64,000 nucleotides of DNA from the NCBI RefSeq assembly GCF_009834535.1, contig NC_045697.1, positions 47,308,001 to 47,372,000 on the forward strand, read 5' to 3'. Numbering within the stretch: position 1 is the first letter of the stretch; every line of letters begins with the position of its first letter. Of this stretch, positions 12,541 to 24,750 are shown piece after piece. A program made the position numbers and the translations under genes. Origin of the DNA: Camelus ferus. Its lineage: Eukaryota. The notes below the pieces were generated by a model that ran no database searches, was not told where the DNA came from, and was given only the letters and a program-made list of their open reading frames with translations.

Positions 12541-13460
12541 TCATTCAGCAAGTATTTTTAAAGTTCCAACTATGTGCCAGGCGCTAACTGAGGTGCTAAG
12601 GATAGAGTAGTGAACAAAACAGATGAAAATCTTCTCTGTTGGTTGGGGGGAGACAGACAATAAACCAAATAAATATGGTGTATTGGTGTGTGATATGCAT
12701 GATGGAGCAAAATAAGGCAGAAAAGGAGATATGGAATGTCGGAACAGGAGTTTTGCAATTTACATATAATGACTGGGAAAGGTCACACAAGAAGATAAAC
12801 TAGTGAAGACTTGAAGGAGGCAGGCAGAGATCTGGGAGGAGTATAAAAAGCACGGGGAGTACTTAGACCCTGAAGAAGGAAAGTGCCCAGCATGTCCTAA
12901 AATAGCACAGCAGCGACAACGAAACAGAACATAGTAGAACACACAGGGAGGTGGGTACCGGGGCAGGGAGGGGCAAGATTGTGTATGGCCATGATAAGGA
13001 CTTCTAGTCTTTCACTCTAAGTGAAATGAAAGCCTTTGGTGGATTTGAGCAGAGAGGTCACATGATATGACCATTCTGACTACTGTATTGAGAAATAGGC
13101 TGAAAAACAGTGAGACCAGTAAGGAGCCTATGGCAATAATCCAGTGAGAAACTTTGCAAATACTTGCTGTTGGATTGGATGTGGGGTGTGAGAGACAGAG
13201 AGGAGTCAAAAAGAACTCCCAGTTTTTTGGCATGAGGAAGAAAAAGATGGTGTTGCCATTAACTTACGTGCAGAAGACTACAGGGTGAACAGGTTTGGGA
13301 AAGGTCAACAGTTTGGTATGAGACATACTAAGTTTGAGATGATTGTTAGAACATGAATAGAGATGCCATGTAGGCAATTGGATTTCACATGAGAGTATAG
13401 GGAAGAAATTTGGGCTGGAGAGATAAATTTGGGTGTTGACAGCCTATACAGGATATTTAA
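12541..13460 (-). mobile_element. L2 LINE 3' region
   Basis: Starts with the reverse complement of the L2 3' end (TCATTCAGCAAGTATT...TATGTGCCAGGC...GTGAACAAAACAGA). Confidence 0.82.
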
Positions 13461-14165
13461 AGAAGAAAAGACGAATATATGTGTGTAGAGGCAGGCAGGT
13501 GGCTAAGATAGGTAAACAGAGAATTCAGTCTCATGGCTCAGAGAACCCGCTCCTTCAGATCATTCGGATATAGGATGCCTGGGAAAGAGAAAAGGGAACC
13601 ATTGAGTTCAACAGTTTTCAAATCTTTCCAGTGAAAAAGATGATCAGCTATAGGATAGCACTGTCTAGACTGGGGTCTGGGGCTGGGCATGAGGAAGCTA
13701 AAGGGACTATGGGTGAAATGTATAAAATAAGGCTACTGAGAGTGGCTGGGGACTCCCCGACTCACCCACAGTGATTCAAAGACACTTGTTGGATGTTCAG
13801 ACTTTGTAATATATTGCTCATGCAGTATGATTTATCTGTTTACAACTTAAGAAAATTAAAGAGTACCCAGATTCAATAATTCTACTTCTTGACATGAACC
13901 CTAAAGAAATAAATTTAATTGTATCAAAATATTTATACGAACAGATATTCACCACAGTGCTATTTCTTAAAAACAAACAACAAACAAAAAACAACTGGAA
14001 ACAATCTAAGTGCCCCAAGAGGGGGAATATTTAAATAAATTGTCATTTACCTCTAGGATGAACTATTACATAGCCATTAAAAGCAATATTTATAACAAAG
14101 CTTAATGACATGGGAAATGACTATAGTATAACGTTAGATAAATGTTAACATAAAACCATATATAA

Positions 14166-14615
14166 TAAAAAGAATGAAATAATGCCATTTGCAGCAACAT
14201 GGATGGACCTAGAGATTATCATATTAAGTGAAGTAAGTCAGAGAAAGACAAATATCATATGATGTCGTGTATATGTGTAATCTAAAAAAAAAATACAAAT
14301 TTTATTTACAAACCAGAAATAGACTCACAGACATAGAAAACAAACTGTGATTACCAGAAGGGAAAGGAGGAAGGGATAAATGAGGAATTTGGGATTAATA
14401 GATACACATTACTGTATATAAAATAGGTAAACAACAAGGACTTACTGTGTAGCATAGGGAACTATATTCAGTTTCTTGTAATGAGCTGTAATGGGAAAGA
14501 ATCTGAAAACATACGTATGTAAGTACATGTATAGCTGAATCACTTTGCTGAACACCCAAAACTGACATTGTAAATTAACGCCTCTTTAATAAAAAATAAA
14601 AATTAAAGACAAAAA
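14166..14615 (+). mobile_element. L1 ORF2 end plus 3'UTR, inserted within an older L1M fragment (~13850-14790)
   Basis: AAGAATGAAATAATGCCATTTGCAGCAACATGGATGGACCTAGAG (typical L1 ORF2 C-terminus) through AATAAA and an A-rich tail. Confidence 0.88.
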
Positions 14616-16280
14616 ATATATATATAATATGATCTCAATTCTATATATTCATGTGTGTAGAGAACACAGAATGAAAATAAATATACCCAGTCTATGTCAG
14701 TGGTGGACTTGTGTTTTTCCCTGTGTTTTACATCTCTGTTTTTCCAACTTTTCCATCAGGAGTAGATATTATTTTTATAATCATATTTAAAATTTTTGAT
14801 AGAGAACTTTTTAAGCAAAGATTAAGAAATTCCTGAGTCGGCCCCAGTCTCACTTGGGTCTCTGGCTGCTGTTTCCTCTGCTCATTTCAATTATAGGCTC
14901 TGTGAGGTTGCCCCAGTACTCGGTACCTTGTCCCAGAACAAATGGCCAAACGTGAGTGATTGGACAAAAGCCCTCAGGATGTTGAATAAGGGCTGAGCTG
15001 GTGGAAAACCTGTGACACAGGTGTGATGGATCCAGGAGTGATCTCCTTGGAGCTCTGAGGGTTTCATCCGCCTGAGATTCCACCCATTCAAGCTGGCTAT
15101 GGGCCCTACAGTTTCCAAGCCACCTAGAACTCATCATTTGTGCCTGGCTGGCTTTAGTCACTTATACTTCTGAATTCTTTGTAGTAGAGTCATTTCCTGT
15201 TTAAATCTCTTCAACTTTTCTTCTTTGACCCAGTACTGACTGAACAGTATCTCTGTTCTGCAATGCATGAAAGATTCTTCACAAAGTAAGCTGTTCATGA
15301 TATGTTAGCCTGTCGCAAAGAAAAGGCAAAGTAAATGAGAACTTCAGTTAGCCCGTCGGGTTTGGGAGTGACCGGCAGTAATCGCAGGTGCTGCACATAC
15401 CCAAACTGGATTAGTGCACAGCATTTTCTGCGTTGGTAAATCCATCCAGCTTTTCCCTGGGAGGCTGACTGTAATATCCTTCTGCCCCTTTAAGACTGGG
15501 AAACCACCCAGGCCTCCGGCTCTTGGCAAGCGACAGATTGACTTCATGTTGTTACTCAGCATTTTGTTTCTTATTGAAATGCCAAGCTCTGCACAACCGG
15601 TTTGTAAAGTCTGAAGATCCTCTGGGCGCGCCCAGAAATGTAGCAGCCCAGGAAGAGAGAACTGAAAAGGACAGAGTGAGAACAGGAGAAAGGCTTTACA
15701 GCGCTGAGCAGCTTGAGTCAAACCCATGTCAACAGCCCAGACTCTCATTACTCCCCAGGGCCTGTCTGCTCTCTTCTCTTGCAATCCCACCGACTCTCAG
15801 AGGAGCCGCTCTTATGCTGCCTTCCCAGCCTAATTTGCTCTGTTCTGTGTTCTTTAGGACACTTTTGCTTTTCTGTCTTGCTTATAAGTCTTCTTTGTAT
15901 CCTACTCATTTACGTATGTCTTATGTATGTGCATTTCCCTACTAGATTGGAAGCATCCTAGACAATTAGAGTGACCCAATTTAGTTTGCATCCCTCTTCA
16001 TGAGCATACGGCCTTGCACTTTATTAAACAACAACAAAAAAATGCTTGAATTGAATGGGATTAACTCCCTGTCTAAAGAAATGATCTGATTTATAATAGA
16101 TCTGCTGACTCATACACAATTCCAGCCTTCCTTGGGTGGACCTGAAACCTTGGGTGGACCTAAATTACTCCTGGGTTTGTTCCAGCTTTAGCAAAGGCGG
16201 TATTTCCCAGGGTTGCGATGGCTTATAGAAATCTCAGTCTTCAGTGACCTTTGTGTCTGTCTTTAAACAGTAATGGAATC

Positions 16281-16385
16281 ACATTCATTTTAATAGTTCA
16301 TATACAAATATCACAAGATACTGAAAAGAGTAGCATGGCCTTGTTTAATGAAGAAAAGCAAATTCTTAAAGTGTTTTTTTTTTTT
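16281..16385 (+). pseudogene. Highly diverged full-length U6 snRNA retropseudogene
   Basis: Collinear U6 words CATATAC (16299), GATAC (16317), TAGCATGGCC (16331) and GCAAATTC (16358), then AAGTGTT and a T-run. Spacing fits U6 with two 1-bp deletions. The 5' stem differs almost only by transitions. The ACAGAGA box reads ACTGAAA. Confidence 0.75.
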
Positions 16386-16469
16386 AAGAAAACAAATTCC
16401 CAAGGCATAGGGGATTAAATTCAACTGTCATTGTAGGTAGATAAAACGGAATGTGATAAATTAAAACAG

Positions 16470-16930
16470 TAATGTAGATCTATGCTTCTTAGCGTGGAAG
16501 AGTTCAGAATACTTTACTCAGTTTAAAAAAAAACCTAAAAAGTAATATGTTTGTTATGATCCCATTCTTTTTGTAAAAACGAAACGAAACAAAAGATACC
16601 TTCTATGTAAAATATGTGTACACTTTCCTGGAAAAAAGTTTGAACAATAATTTAGAAAATGAGTTCTCCTCTAGTTAAAGTGTTCATCACAAGGATTGGA
16701 TACAGTACAATTAGCTAATTCTGAAACACCCTTTATATGAGCCACTCTTAGTGATAACTAAAACTGATCTGGAATTACCATCATCAGAATAGGAAAAAAC
16801 CCTGCTTCTTAACCTTGCTGTTACGAATACTGTTCTGTTAGGGGAAATGTGCAGCCACCACAATAGGGAATGAGGGAACTGAATGCGTGGAGTGAAGGGC
16901 AAGCAAGGAAGGGTCTGTGTTTGTTTTTGT
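16470..16930 (+). mobile_element. Old L1ME-like 3' end fragments downstream of the U6 copy
   Basis: Weak similarity to L1ME 3' motifs (AATGTAGATCTATG..., TATGATCCCATT...TGTAAAA); boundaries uncertain. Confidence 0.45.
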
Positions 16931-16937
16931 ACTTTTT

Positions 16938-17107
16938 AAAAAAATTTAAGCCTCATTTCTTTCTTTTCCTTCTTTCTTTCCTTCTTTCTTCTTTTTTTTG
17001 CCAGAGGAAGGTAATTAGATTTATTTTAATGGAAGTACTGAGGATTGAACCCAGGACCTCGTGTGTGCCAAGCACATGCTCTTACCACTGAGCTATACCC
17101 CCCCCCC
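16938..17107 (-). mobile_element. tRNA-derived SINE (vic-1 type)
   Basis: Reverse-complement SINE body; TSD TTTTTGTACTTTTT (16924-16937) / TTCTTGTACTTTTT (17108-17121). Confidence 0.85.
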
Positions 17108-18331
17108 TTCTTGTACTTTTTGATTCACCTTTTTTTTTTTTTTAAACTGGCAATAACCAGATACACTTACGGTTATGAAAACACATTTATTATTGAAATT
17201 ACTGTGAAAAAAAAAAAAACCTGTTCTACTGTGAGTCTAAAACTTCTCTGTTCCTATTAAAATATTTTTTAAAATCTTGGTTTTAAATTTAAATTTGATT
17301 TATTTTTGAGAGACAATACATTCAAAAAGGACAACATCTAAAAGATACATAGTAGTATATATAGTGAAAAATTTCTCTCCCATGTCTACTCTCCAGCCAT
17401 CCTTCCCCAGGTTCAATGTTACCTCTTTCTTGATATTTTTTGAGAATTTGAGATTTCTTAGGAATGTACCTATTTTGCTAAATTTGAATAGCTGGACACT
17501 CAGACATTAACTGTAGTTATTTTCAAATGATAGGATTACAAGAAATAGTTCTCTCTTTAGAGCTTTCTGTAGAAAATTTTTCCCATTGAGTAAAAGAATT
17601 AATGATAATTTCCAAAACCACTTTATTGGACTCTGTGACAGCATGCATAAATTTGTATTGTCTTCATTTTTTCATTACTCTGTTTCTTTGCTTCTGGTCC
17701 TTTTTCTTAACAGTATAGCTAATGCAAAGAAATTTCCTCTTAAGATACTTTTTATTCCCTACTTCTTAATCAATACCTTGTGAAAAAGATACATATCTAT
17801 GTCATAATCTGAAAAAAATTTCTTAGTGGAATTTCTGCTGTGGTTTCTGAGTATTAATTGACCCATAATAATTAAATAAAAATGAATAATATTGAATGTG
17901 GTCGATTCACTTAAAATTTTTAAAGTAACAGCAATAAAGACAACAAATTCTAAGGAGACACTTACTTTGCTGGGAGGGTAGGAAAATATCAGATTAATGT
18001 TTAAATGAGGTATTTTTTTTCAAAAACTTGATGATTGGAGGTGGGATAAGTGATAAACGGCCACATTTAAATCTTATAAATATGCATTCTGAGCTCCTTT
18101 CACTATACCTGGAGTCAAGTGTTTTTCCAGGTCTGTTCCAGATGTAGGAATTTGGGCAACAGTAACATTTATCCATAAATACAATGTATCTGCCTTGGAG
18201 CAGATCACCTCAGACCCAGGATAATACCAGCTCTAGTCTTGCTGTTCTGCTATCGATAAATTCAACCCGAGATTTCACTTATATTGTTTTCTCCTTTATA
18301 CCCTGCCCCCTCTCTTGTTCTCGTGCATCTT

Positions 18332-18376
18332 TGTGTGTGCGTGTGTGTGTGCATGTGTGTGTGTGTGTTTGTGTGT
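18332..18376 (+). repeat. Imperfect (TG)n
   Basis: Read directly from the sequence. Confidence 0.88.
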
Positions 18377-19780
18377 ATAAGAGGCTAATGTAAACCTAGG
18401 GTGGTAGAGGTGAGTGAGCCCTGCTATAGGATTTAGGGAGCCAAGAGTCTTGTCTAGTTCTCCCCTAAGCTAGGTATCTTAGGCAAATCACTTCAGTTTT
18501 TTGGTCCTTTACTCCTTCATTCAGCACACACTTGCTGAGCTCCTGCCATGGGGCGGAGACTGCTCTAGTGCTAGGGTGCAGAGATGGATCCGGTGCACTC
18601 TGGGACTGCGCACTTGGCCCCTCTACCTGTGCCTGAGGACCGCCGCTGAAGCAGTGAGTGGGCACAAGTCTGTGGCACTCCCCACACAAGTGTGGGCACC
18701 ATGACAACAGAGGAGCCAGGAGCAGAAGGCATGGAGTGTGGACGTGAAATAACGCTCTGTAGGATGGTGTCAGGGAGAAAAACGTGGCAGCAGCGTCTTG
18801 GCTCTGTGCCCTTGGACCACACAGGCCATCGCGAGGGCTGCTGTGGTCAGGAAGCAAAGCAAGTGTGTGTATCTGGGGTGGACATCAGCTGAAGGCATTT
18901 CACCAACGTAGCACAATTTGTTATGACAAATAACTGACTGTTGAAGCAAGGATGTGGGCTCATATTAGCCTCGGGTTGGAGAAGAAGTCAAGGAGAGTAT
19001 GGTGAATTTGAAGCAAGTCATTTCATAAAATTACCCCCCCCCAGCCCCAGTTCTGTGGAGTAAGGGGCTTTCTCTCCCCAGGACCTAGCACTCTTCAAGT
19101 TGTGACACTTCCTGGACAAATGTGTGAAAGGAATTTGGAAGTATATCCTGGGCAGCATATCCTAGGTGGAAAATTGGGAAAGACTGGTAACCAAGAGCTG
19201 AGCACTTTATCTCTTAAACTAATAATGACACATAGAATGTTGCAATGGGGTGAGTAGTCTTACCAACATTTTTACTCATTGAGAGGAGTCACGCTGAGTC
19301 CAGATGGAGTGAAGCTTTTAGGGGAGGAGGTGAGTTCTGTCCCAGCCCCAGGTCACCAGCGGTGTTAACTATGTGATCCAGCCCTCGGAGAAGAGTCGGG
19401 GGTTCCTCTTGGCAAAAGGAAAGCTGAGGGGAGAGAGACCCCCGGTCGGAAGAAAGATGCACATGCCTTTGAATCCCATCTGGTGCTCTGATTGGTGACC
19501 CTTGTTTTTTATTTTTTCACCTGTAAAATAGTAATTATATTTAACTGAAAACATTGTTGAGAGGATTAAAATAGAAGATATGTGTCAATTCCTGGCATGA
19601 AGTAAATACTCAGCAAATTATAGAGAGTATTATTTATGATTAAGACTCCCATAGGAGGGGCGGGTAAATTCATGGCTGCAAGCGGAGCAGTGAGGAGAGA
19701 ACTCGAGGAGGAGTGGACTGGGGCCTGAGGTAACAGGTGAGATTTCTGACAGGGAGATGTGTTGCATCAACAAGTAACAC

Positions 19781-20020
19781 GGTGGGTGGCTGGAAAGGAG
19801 GATAAACTGGGAGTTCGGGATTTCCAGACACTAACTACTATATATAAAATAGATAAACAACAAGGCCCTACTGTATGGCACAGGGAACTATATTCAATAT
19901 CTTGTAGCCTATAATGAAAAAGAATATGAAAAGAAATCCATATACATATATATATGAATCACTACGCAGTGCACCAGAACTTAACACATTGTAAACTGAC
20001 TATACTTCAATTAAAAAAAA
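19781..20020 (+). mobile_element. 5'-truncated L1 3' end
   Basis: ...CACAGGGAACTATATTCAATATCTTG...ACTTCAATTAAAAAAAA; approximate TSD AA(G/A)TAACAC. Confidence 0.85.
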
Positions 20021-21384
20021 AAATAACACAGGTTTTTATCCAGTCATCTTAGAGGCTGGGGCATCTGACTGTCAAAAATGAGCCCCGTGGGTGGAAGAGG
20101 TAATACTGCTGGTTGCTGAGACGTGTGATGTGTGAGCTCTGCTGAATCCTCAGGGCAAAAAGGGCAGAGGGGAAGCGAGGTTTGCCAGGTCCTGATGACA
20201 GAGTCCAGACATGACTAATTTATACCGGAAACACAGTGGCAGAAAATTGAGTATATTTTAAAAAATTGAGTCAATGATAAATGGTTTCTTAGAAATGCAG
20301 CTCTTTGCCACCAAACTGTTTAACCCCTGTGATTAGACCCCAGTGAGTGTCAGACGCTCATACTGCCTCACAAAATGTGTGATATAGATACCCTTTTGTC
20401 TTCTCAGGACAGAAATAACTTTCTTTTAAGAAGAATAAAACCAACATATACTCCTTGCAAAATAAATGCGTAAATAGTATAGGCAAGTATAAAGAAGGTG
20501 AAAAATCATTTTAATTTTCATTGATTTGATTACCAGTGAAGTAAAACTTTTTGTAAATGAGTCATTTCTGCTGGTGTGAATTGCTCACTTTAATGTTACC
20601 CTTAAAAAAAAATTATGTAACTGCTAGATGGCTTGCGGAAGGGTTTTCTGTAGTAAGGACATTGAATCTCTGTCATGCATTCCAGTCTTCTTCTGGTCTG
20701 TCATCTGTCTTTTCACTTTGTGATGTTCTCTCTTATGCAGAAGTTTTAAGTTTTTGCTTTTCTTTTCAGTCAGTATTTCCACTTTTTAAATGCCCTGTGT
20801 ATGGTCAGGCCACTCAAGATGGCTGTCCTCTTGCTCTCTCTGCATCCCCTCCTCAACCAGTGCCTGCTTCATCTACGCCTACTCACCTGGCTGAGCTTCC
20901 TACATGCTTGCCCCAGGCCCCAGCTAGTGATTGTTCTTGTCAAAGTGGGTGGTGAGGAGTGTGCCCCTCTGCTGGTTTCCTTGTAGCAAATGAGCCAACC
21001 TGATGTCAACTCCCCCATGACTGCTAACCTCCCTCAGCCCTGGGAGCAAAGCCTGCCACCGTGTCCTGCCCACATCTGCCACACAGTGGGGTGTCACTCC
21101 AGGACCTTGCTTCAGACATGTAAGCACCCCAATCCATTAAATCACTGATGTCTCTGTCACTGACTCCGGGCTCCTTCTTCGGTCTCGAAGCCGGGCAAGT
21201 ACAGGCCTTGTAGGCCTGTGGGATGTAGCCCAACACCCTACAAAATCAGACAGAAGATTTGAAAGATTCAAAATCACGGTGATGTATAAAAAAAGGATGG
21301 CCAATGATACAAGGACTTGAATGTAAGTGTCAGATGAGTGGAACAGAAAATAGATGCTGGAGAGTGTGTAACTGCACCGCATTT

Positions 21385-21588
21385 ACCAAAGTCTAAGAGC
21401 ACGTGCTCTGGGTTAGACGTCCTGAGTTTGAATCCTGGCTCTGTCAGTTACTAACAATTTGGACTGGGAAAATTTGCTGAAGCTGCCTATATCTCAGTTT
21501 CCTTACTTGTAAAGGGCGGGATTTTTGTGTAGGATGTAGAGTATTGTGAGGTTTCTGACATTGTGTAAACTCTCAATAAATGTTAACT
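21385..21588 (+). mobile_element. MIR
   Basis: TAAGAGCACGTGCTCTGG...TTTGAATCCTGGCTCTG...TCTCAGTTTCCTTACTTGTAAA. Confidence 0.75.
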
Positions 21589-21589
21589 A

Positions 21590-21675
21590 TAGTCGTCCCT
21601 CAGTATCCATGGGGGATTGGTTCCAGGACCTATGTGGATACATGGATACCAAAATCTACGGATACTTAAGTCTTG
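21590..21675 (+). mobile_element. MER2 terminal fragment
   Basis: AGTCGTCCCTCAGTATCCATGGGGGATTGGTTCCAGGACC...GGATACCAAAATC. Confidence 0.8.
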
Positions 21676-22597
21676 TATTCTTGATATCTGAGAGTTTTAG
21701 GGCCTGGCCTGCTAAAAAAGAAATGGGACTAGAACTAGTCCCAGGATGAATGTGAATGAGACTAGACTAGAGAGGGGAGAAAATTTAAACCTAGAGACCT
21801 TGAGACTCCACATGACTTAGAGCACAGATGGATGTTGTGGGAGTCACGTGGAGGAGTCGCCCTGAGGGGTGTCGTGAAGTATGTGTGAGAGTGACAGAAA
21901 GCAACAATCAGGGAAAGAAAGCAAAAGATGAGCAGGAAAGAACTCACCAGAATTTCCTGAAGTAGGATGAGAAATTTTAAGTAAAACAAAGAAACTGAAA
22001 GTATCTTAGCCACTGTGTGAGAGGAAATGAAGTAATTCAAGGCACAGTCAAAAAAAAAAAAAAAAAGTGCCACCAACTGGTACTGAAATAAAAATGAAGA
22101 TAGTTAAAATGTGCCCCAAGCCCGCCAAAATGGCTCAAATGAAAAAGACTGGTAGTGCTAAGTACTGGAAAAAGGGAACTGCGGTTGGCAGGTGTGCAAA
22201 TTGGTACAAATCCTTTGGAAAACTGACGATACCTACTTAAGCTAAACATATGCACAACCTAGGACTCGGCAGCTCTACCCCTAGGTGTCTAACAAACAGA
22301 AATGCGTATCGTTTGTCCAGCAAAAGACATTCATGCTACGAGCAGCAGTAATTATAAAGGTCCCCAACTGGGAACTATCCAAATGCCCATCCACTGAGAA
22401 TGAATGGACACACACCGTGGTGTGTCCTCCCAGTGGAAGACCATACGGCAATGAGGGAGGGCAGTCACGACAACATGGATGAATCTCACAAAACCAAGCA
22501 AAAGCATGAACACAAAAGAGCACCTAGTGTGTGATTCCATATGATTGCATTTGTATGCAGTTCTAAAACAAGCAAGACTAATTTTGGTGTTGAAAGT

Positions 22598-22934
22598 TGC
22601 CTCAGTCTGTTCCAGCTGCTATAACAGAACACCGTAGACTAGGGAGCTTGTAAACAACCGACACTTATTTCTCACAGTTTTGGAAGCTGGGAAGTCCAAG
22701 GTCAAGGCACCAGCAGGTTCAGTGTCTGGGAGGGCCTGCTTCCTGGTTCATAGACAGCAGTCGTCTTGCTGTGTCCTCACATGACAGAAGGGAAAAGGGA
22801 GCTCTCTGGGGTCTCCTCCCTAAGGGCACTATTCCTAATCACTTCCAAAGGCCCCACTTCCGAATACCATCACACTGGGGACTAGATTTCCACATATGAA
22901 TTTGTAAAAGGACACAAACATTTAGCCTACAACA
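22598..22934 (-). mobile_element. MLT1A-like MaLR solo LTR
   Basis: TG...CA termini; GCTGCTATAACA, GCTGGGAAGTCCAAG, CTGTGTCCTCACATG motifs; 5-bp TSD AAAGT / GAAGT. Confidence 0.88.
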
Positions 22935-23095
22935 GAAGTCAAGGCATGGTTATTCCTGAGGGTGGATTATTGACCAGAGAGGGGCACAAGGCTGGGAGAG
23001 GGGCTGGTCTTTGGAGGTGCTGAGAGTGTTCAGTTTCTTAAGCTGGGTGAGGACTACATGAGTAAGTTCAGTCTGCAAACATTTATCAAAGTATA

Positions 23096-23187
23096 GGGGG
23101 AGGGTATAGCTCAATGGTAGAGTGTATGCTTAGCATGCATGAAGTCCTGGGTTCAATCCCCAGTACCTCCATTAAAATAAATAAACC
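23096..23187 (+). mobile_element. tRNA-derived SINE (vic-1 type), short tail, nested in an old L1M
   Basis: A and B boxes present; TSD TCAAAGTATA (23086-23095) / TCAAAATATA (23188-23197). Confidence 0.85.
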
Positions 23188-24219
23188 TCAAAATATATAC
23201 TTACTACTTGTGCATTTTTCTTTGTGAATTTAATTCTTAATAAAAAATTTAAAATATTTGCCCATATTAGACATTGATAAAAAAGTTATTGAAACTCCTT
23301 TGTTTACTTATAAGTGTAGCTGCTTACTCTCAGGTTTATATTGGTATAGACGACGATTTTGAACCTCATTTTTCATGTTTATAATATTACCTGCTTCACA
23401 GTTGGTAATATTGGTGAAAGGTCATTGAAAATGATGAGAGAGGGAGAAAGCTTTGTCCCCACTCCTGATGTTTCCTTTCTATGAACACAGCAGCCCTGGT
23501 CTCCCTTACCCTCCGCTCACTTCAGCCAGGATGGTGAAACTGACTGGTAAGTGTGGCAAGTATAATACATTCCCCTTCAGTCTTCTGCTCTTGGAAAACT
23601 CCCTGTCTAGTGCAAACGGTCACTGAAATTCAAGGAGATTGAGTCCATCCTCCAAATATAAGCAGATAATAAGTGACAGAGAATTTGAATTCAGGTCACT
23701 GATTATAAAGACCATGCTTTTAACCATCCCCCTGTATTGCCTGCCTCATAAGTCCTGTATTAAACATAAAATAAATGAGTTGTGTGCTACAGCCAGGAGT
23801 ACAACAGGAATTCAGGGGAAGAAGTGCTCTCTACAAGGATTAGGTCAGGATGACTGCACAAAAGACTTGCGGGGGTCACCTCCTGCTCACTTCTGTCAAA
23901 GTACACATCAGGAGCCAGTGCAGCTGGAATTAGCACTAGCCTCTCTCAGGGCGTACTAGAAGAGGGGTCTGTGGGTAGGCAAAAGCAGCCAGCAGAGTTT
24001 AACCACAGCGCCACCGGGCTGCGTCCCAGCATTTACTCAGTTTCTCCCTTGGTTAAGCTACAGTTTGTCATTTACCTCTTTTGGTGTTCACCTTTGAGTT
24101 CTTCCAGGACTTACCTCATACTTCTAAGGTGTGAAATGGTGTAAGAGGTTTATTTTCAAGCACCTGAAGTCAGAGGATATGCAAAGGGCATGCTAATAGC
24201 ATTTTATAAAGGAAGATTA

Positions 24220-24750
24220 TTTCTTTTTATTGACATACAATTTGTACACAGTCAATGGCATTGATCAGAAATGTTTCAGTTAGGTGGGTTTTGACAACCT
24301 TACACCTATGCGGCTGCTACTCCAAATAAGGTAGAAAACATTTTTATCACCCCAGAATCATGTTGAATGATTGTGTGTGTGTGTATGTGATTGTGTGTCT
24401 GGTTTTTTCAACCAATATAATATTTTTGAGATTCATCCATGTCATTGCATTTATCAATAATCCATTTCTTTCTACTGCCAAGTAGTATTCCATTGTATGG
24501 CTGTACCAAATTTGTTTATCCATTCTCCTGTTGGTAGACATTTAGGTTACTTCTAGCTTTTGGCTATTATGAGTAAGGCTGCTATGAACATTTTTATGAA
24601 AGTCTTTGTGTGAACATATGTTTTCACTGCCCTACAGTAAATTCCTAGGAATGGAATTGTTGGGTCATGGGATAGATTACGCTTATCATTGTAAGAAACT
24701 GCCAAACAATTCTTCAAAGGGTCACACCATTTTATATTTGTGCCATCAAT
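24220..24750 (-). mobile_element. Old L1M 3' region
   Basis: TTTGAGATTCATCCATGT, GTAGTATTCCATTGTATGG, GCTGCTATGAACATT motifs; ORF 24347..24541 resembles a decayed L1 ORF2 C-terminus. Confidence 0.82.

Larger units (their letters stand above)
22100..23255 (+). mobile_element. Old L1M (L1MC/ME-like) 3' region interrupted by an MLT1A LTR and a SINE
   Basis: TGCAAATTGGTACAAATCCTTTGGAAAAC, CAACATGGATGAATCTCACA motifs; ends in AATAAAAAA. Confidence 0.75.

Noticed and set aside
15344..15961. Cluster of the longest ORFs in the window (148 and 140 aa)
   Set aside because: They overlap on both strands, show no recognisable domain and have non-coding-like composition; such lengths are expected by chance in 64 kb.
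16281..16385. Functional U6 snRNA gene
   Set aside because: The ACAGAGA box and 5' stem are mutated and no U6-type upstream promoter is evident; called a pseudogene.
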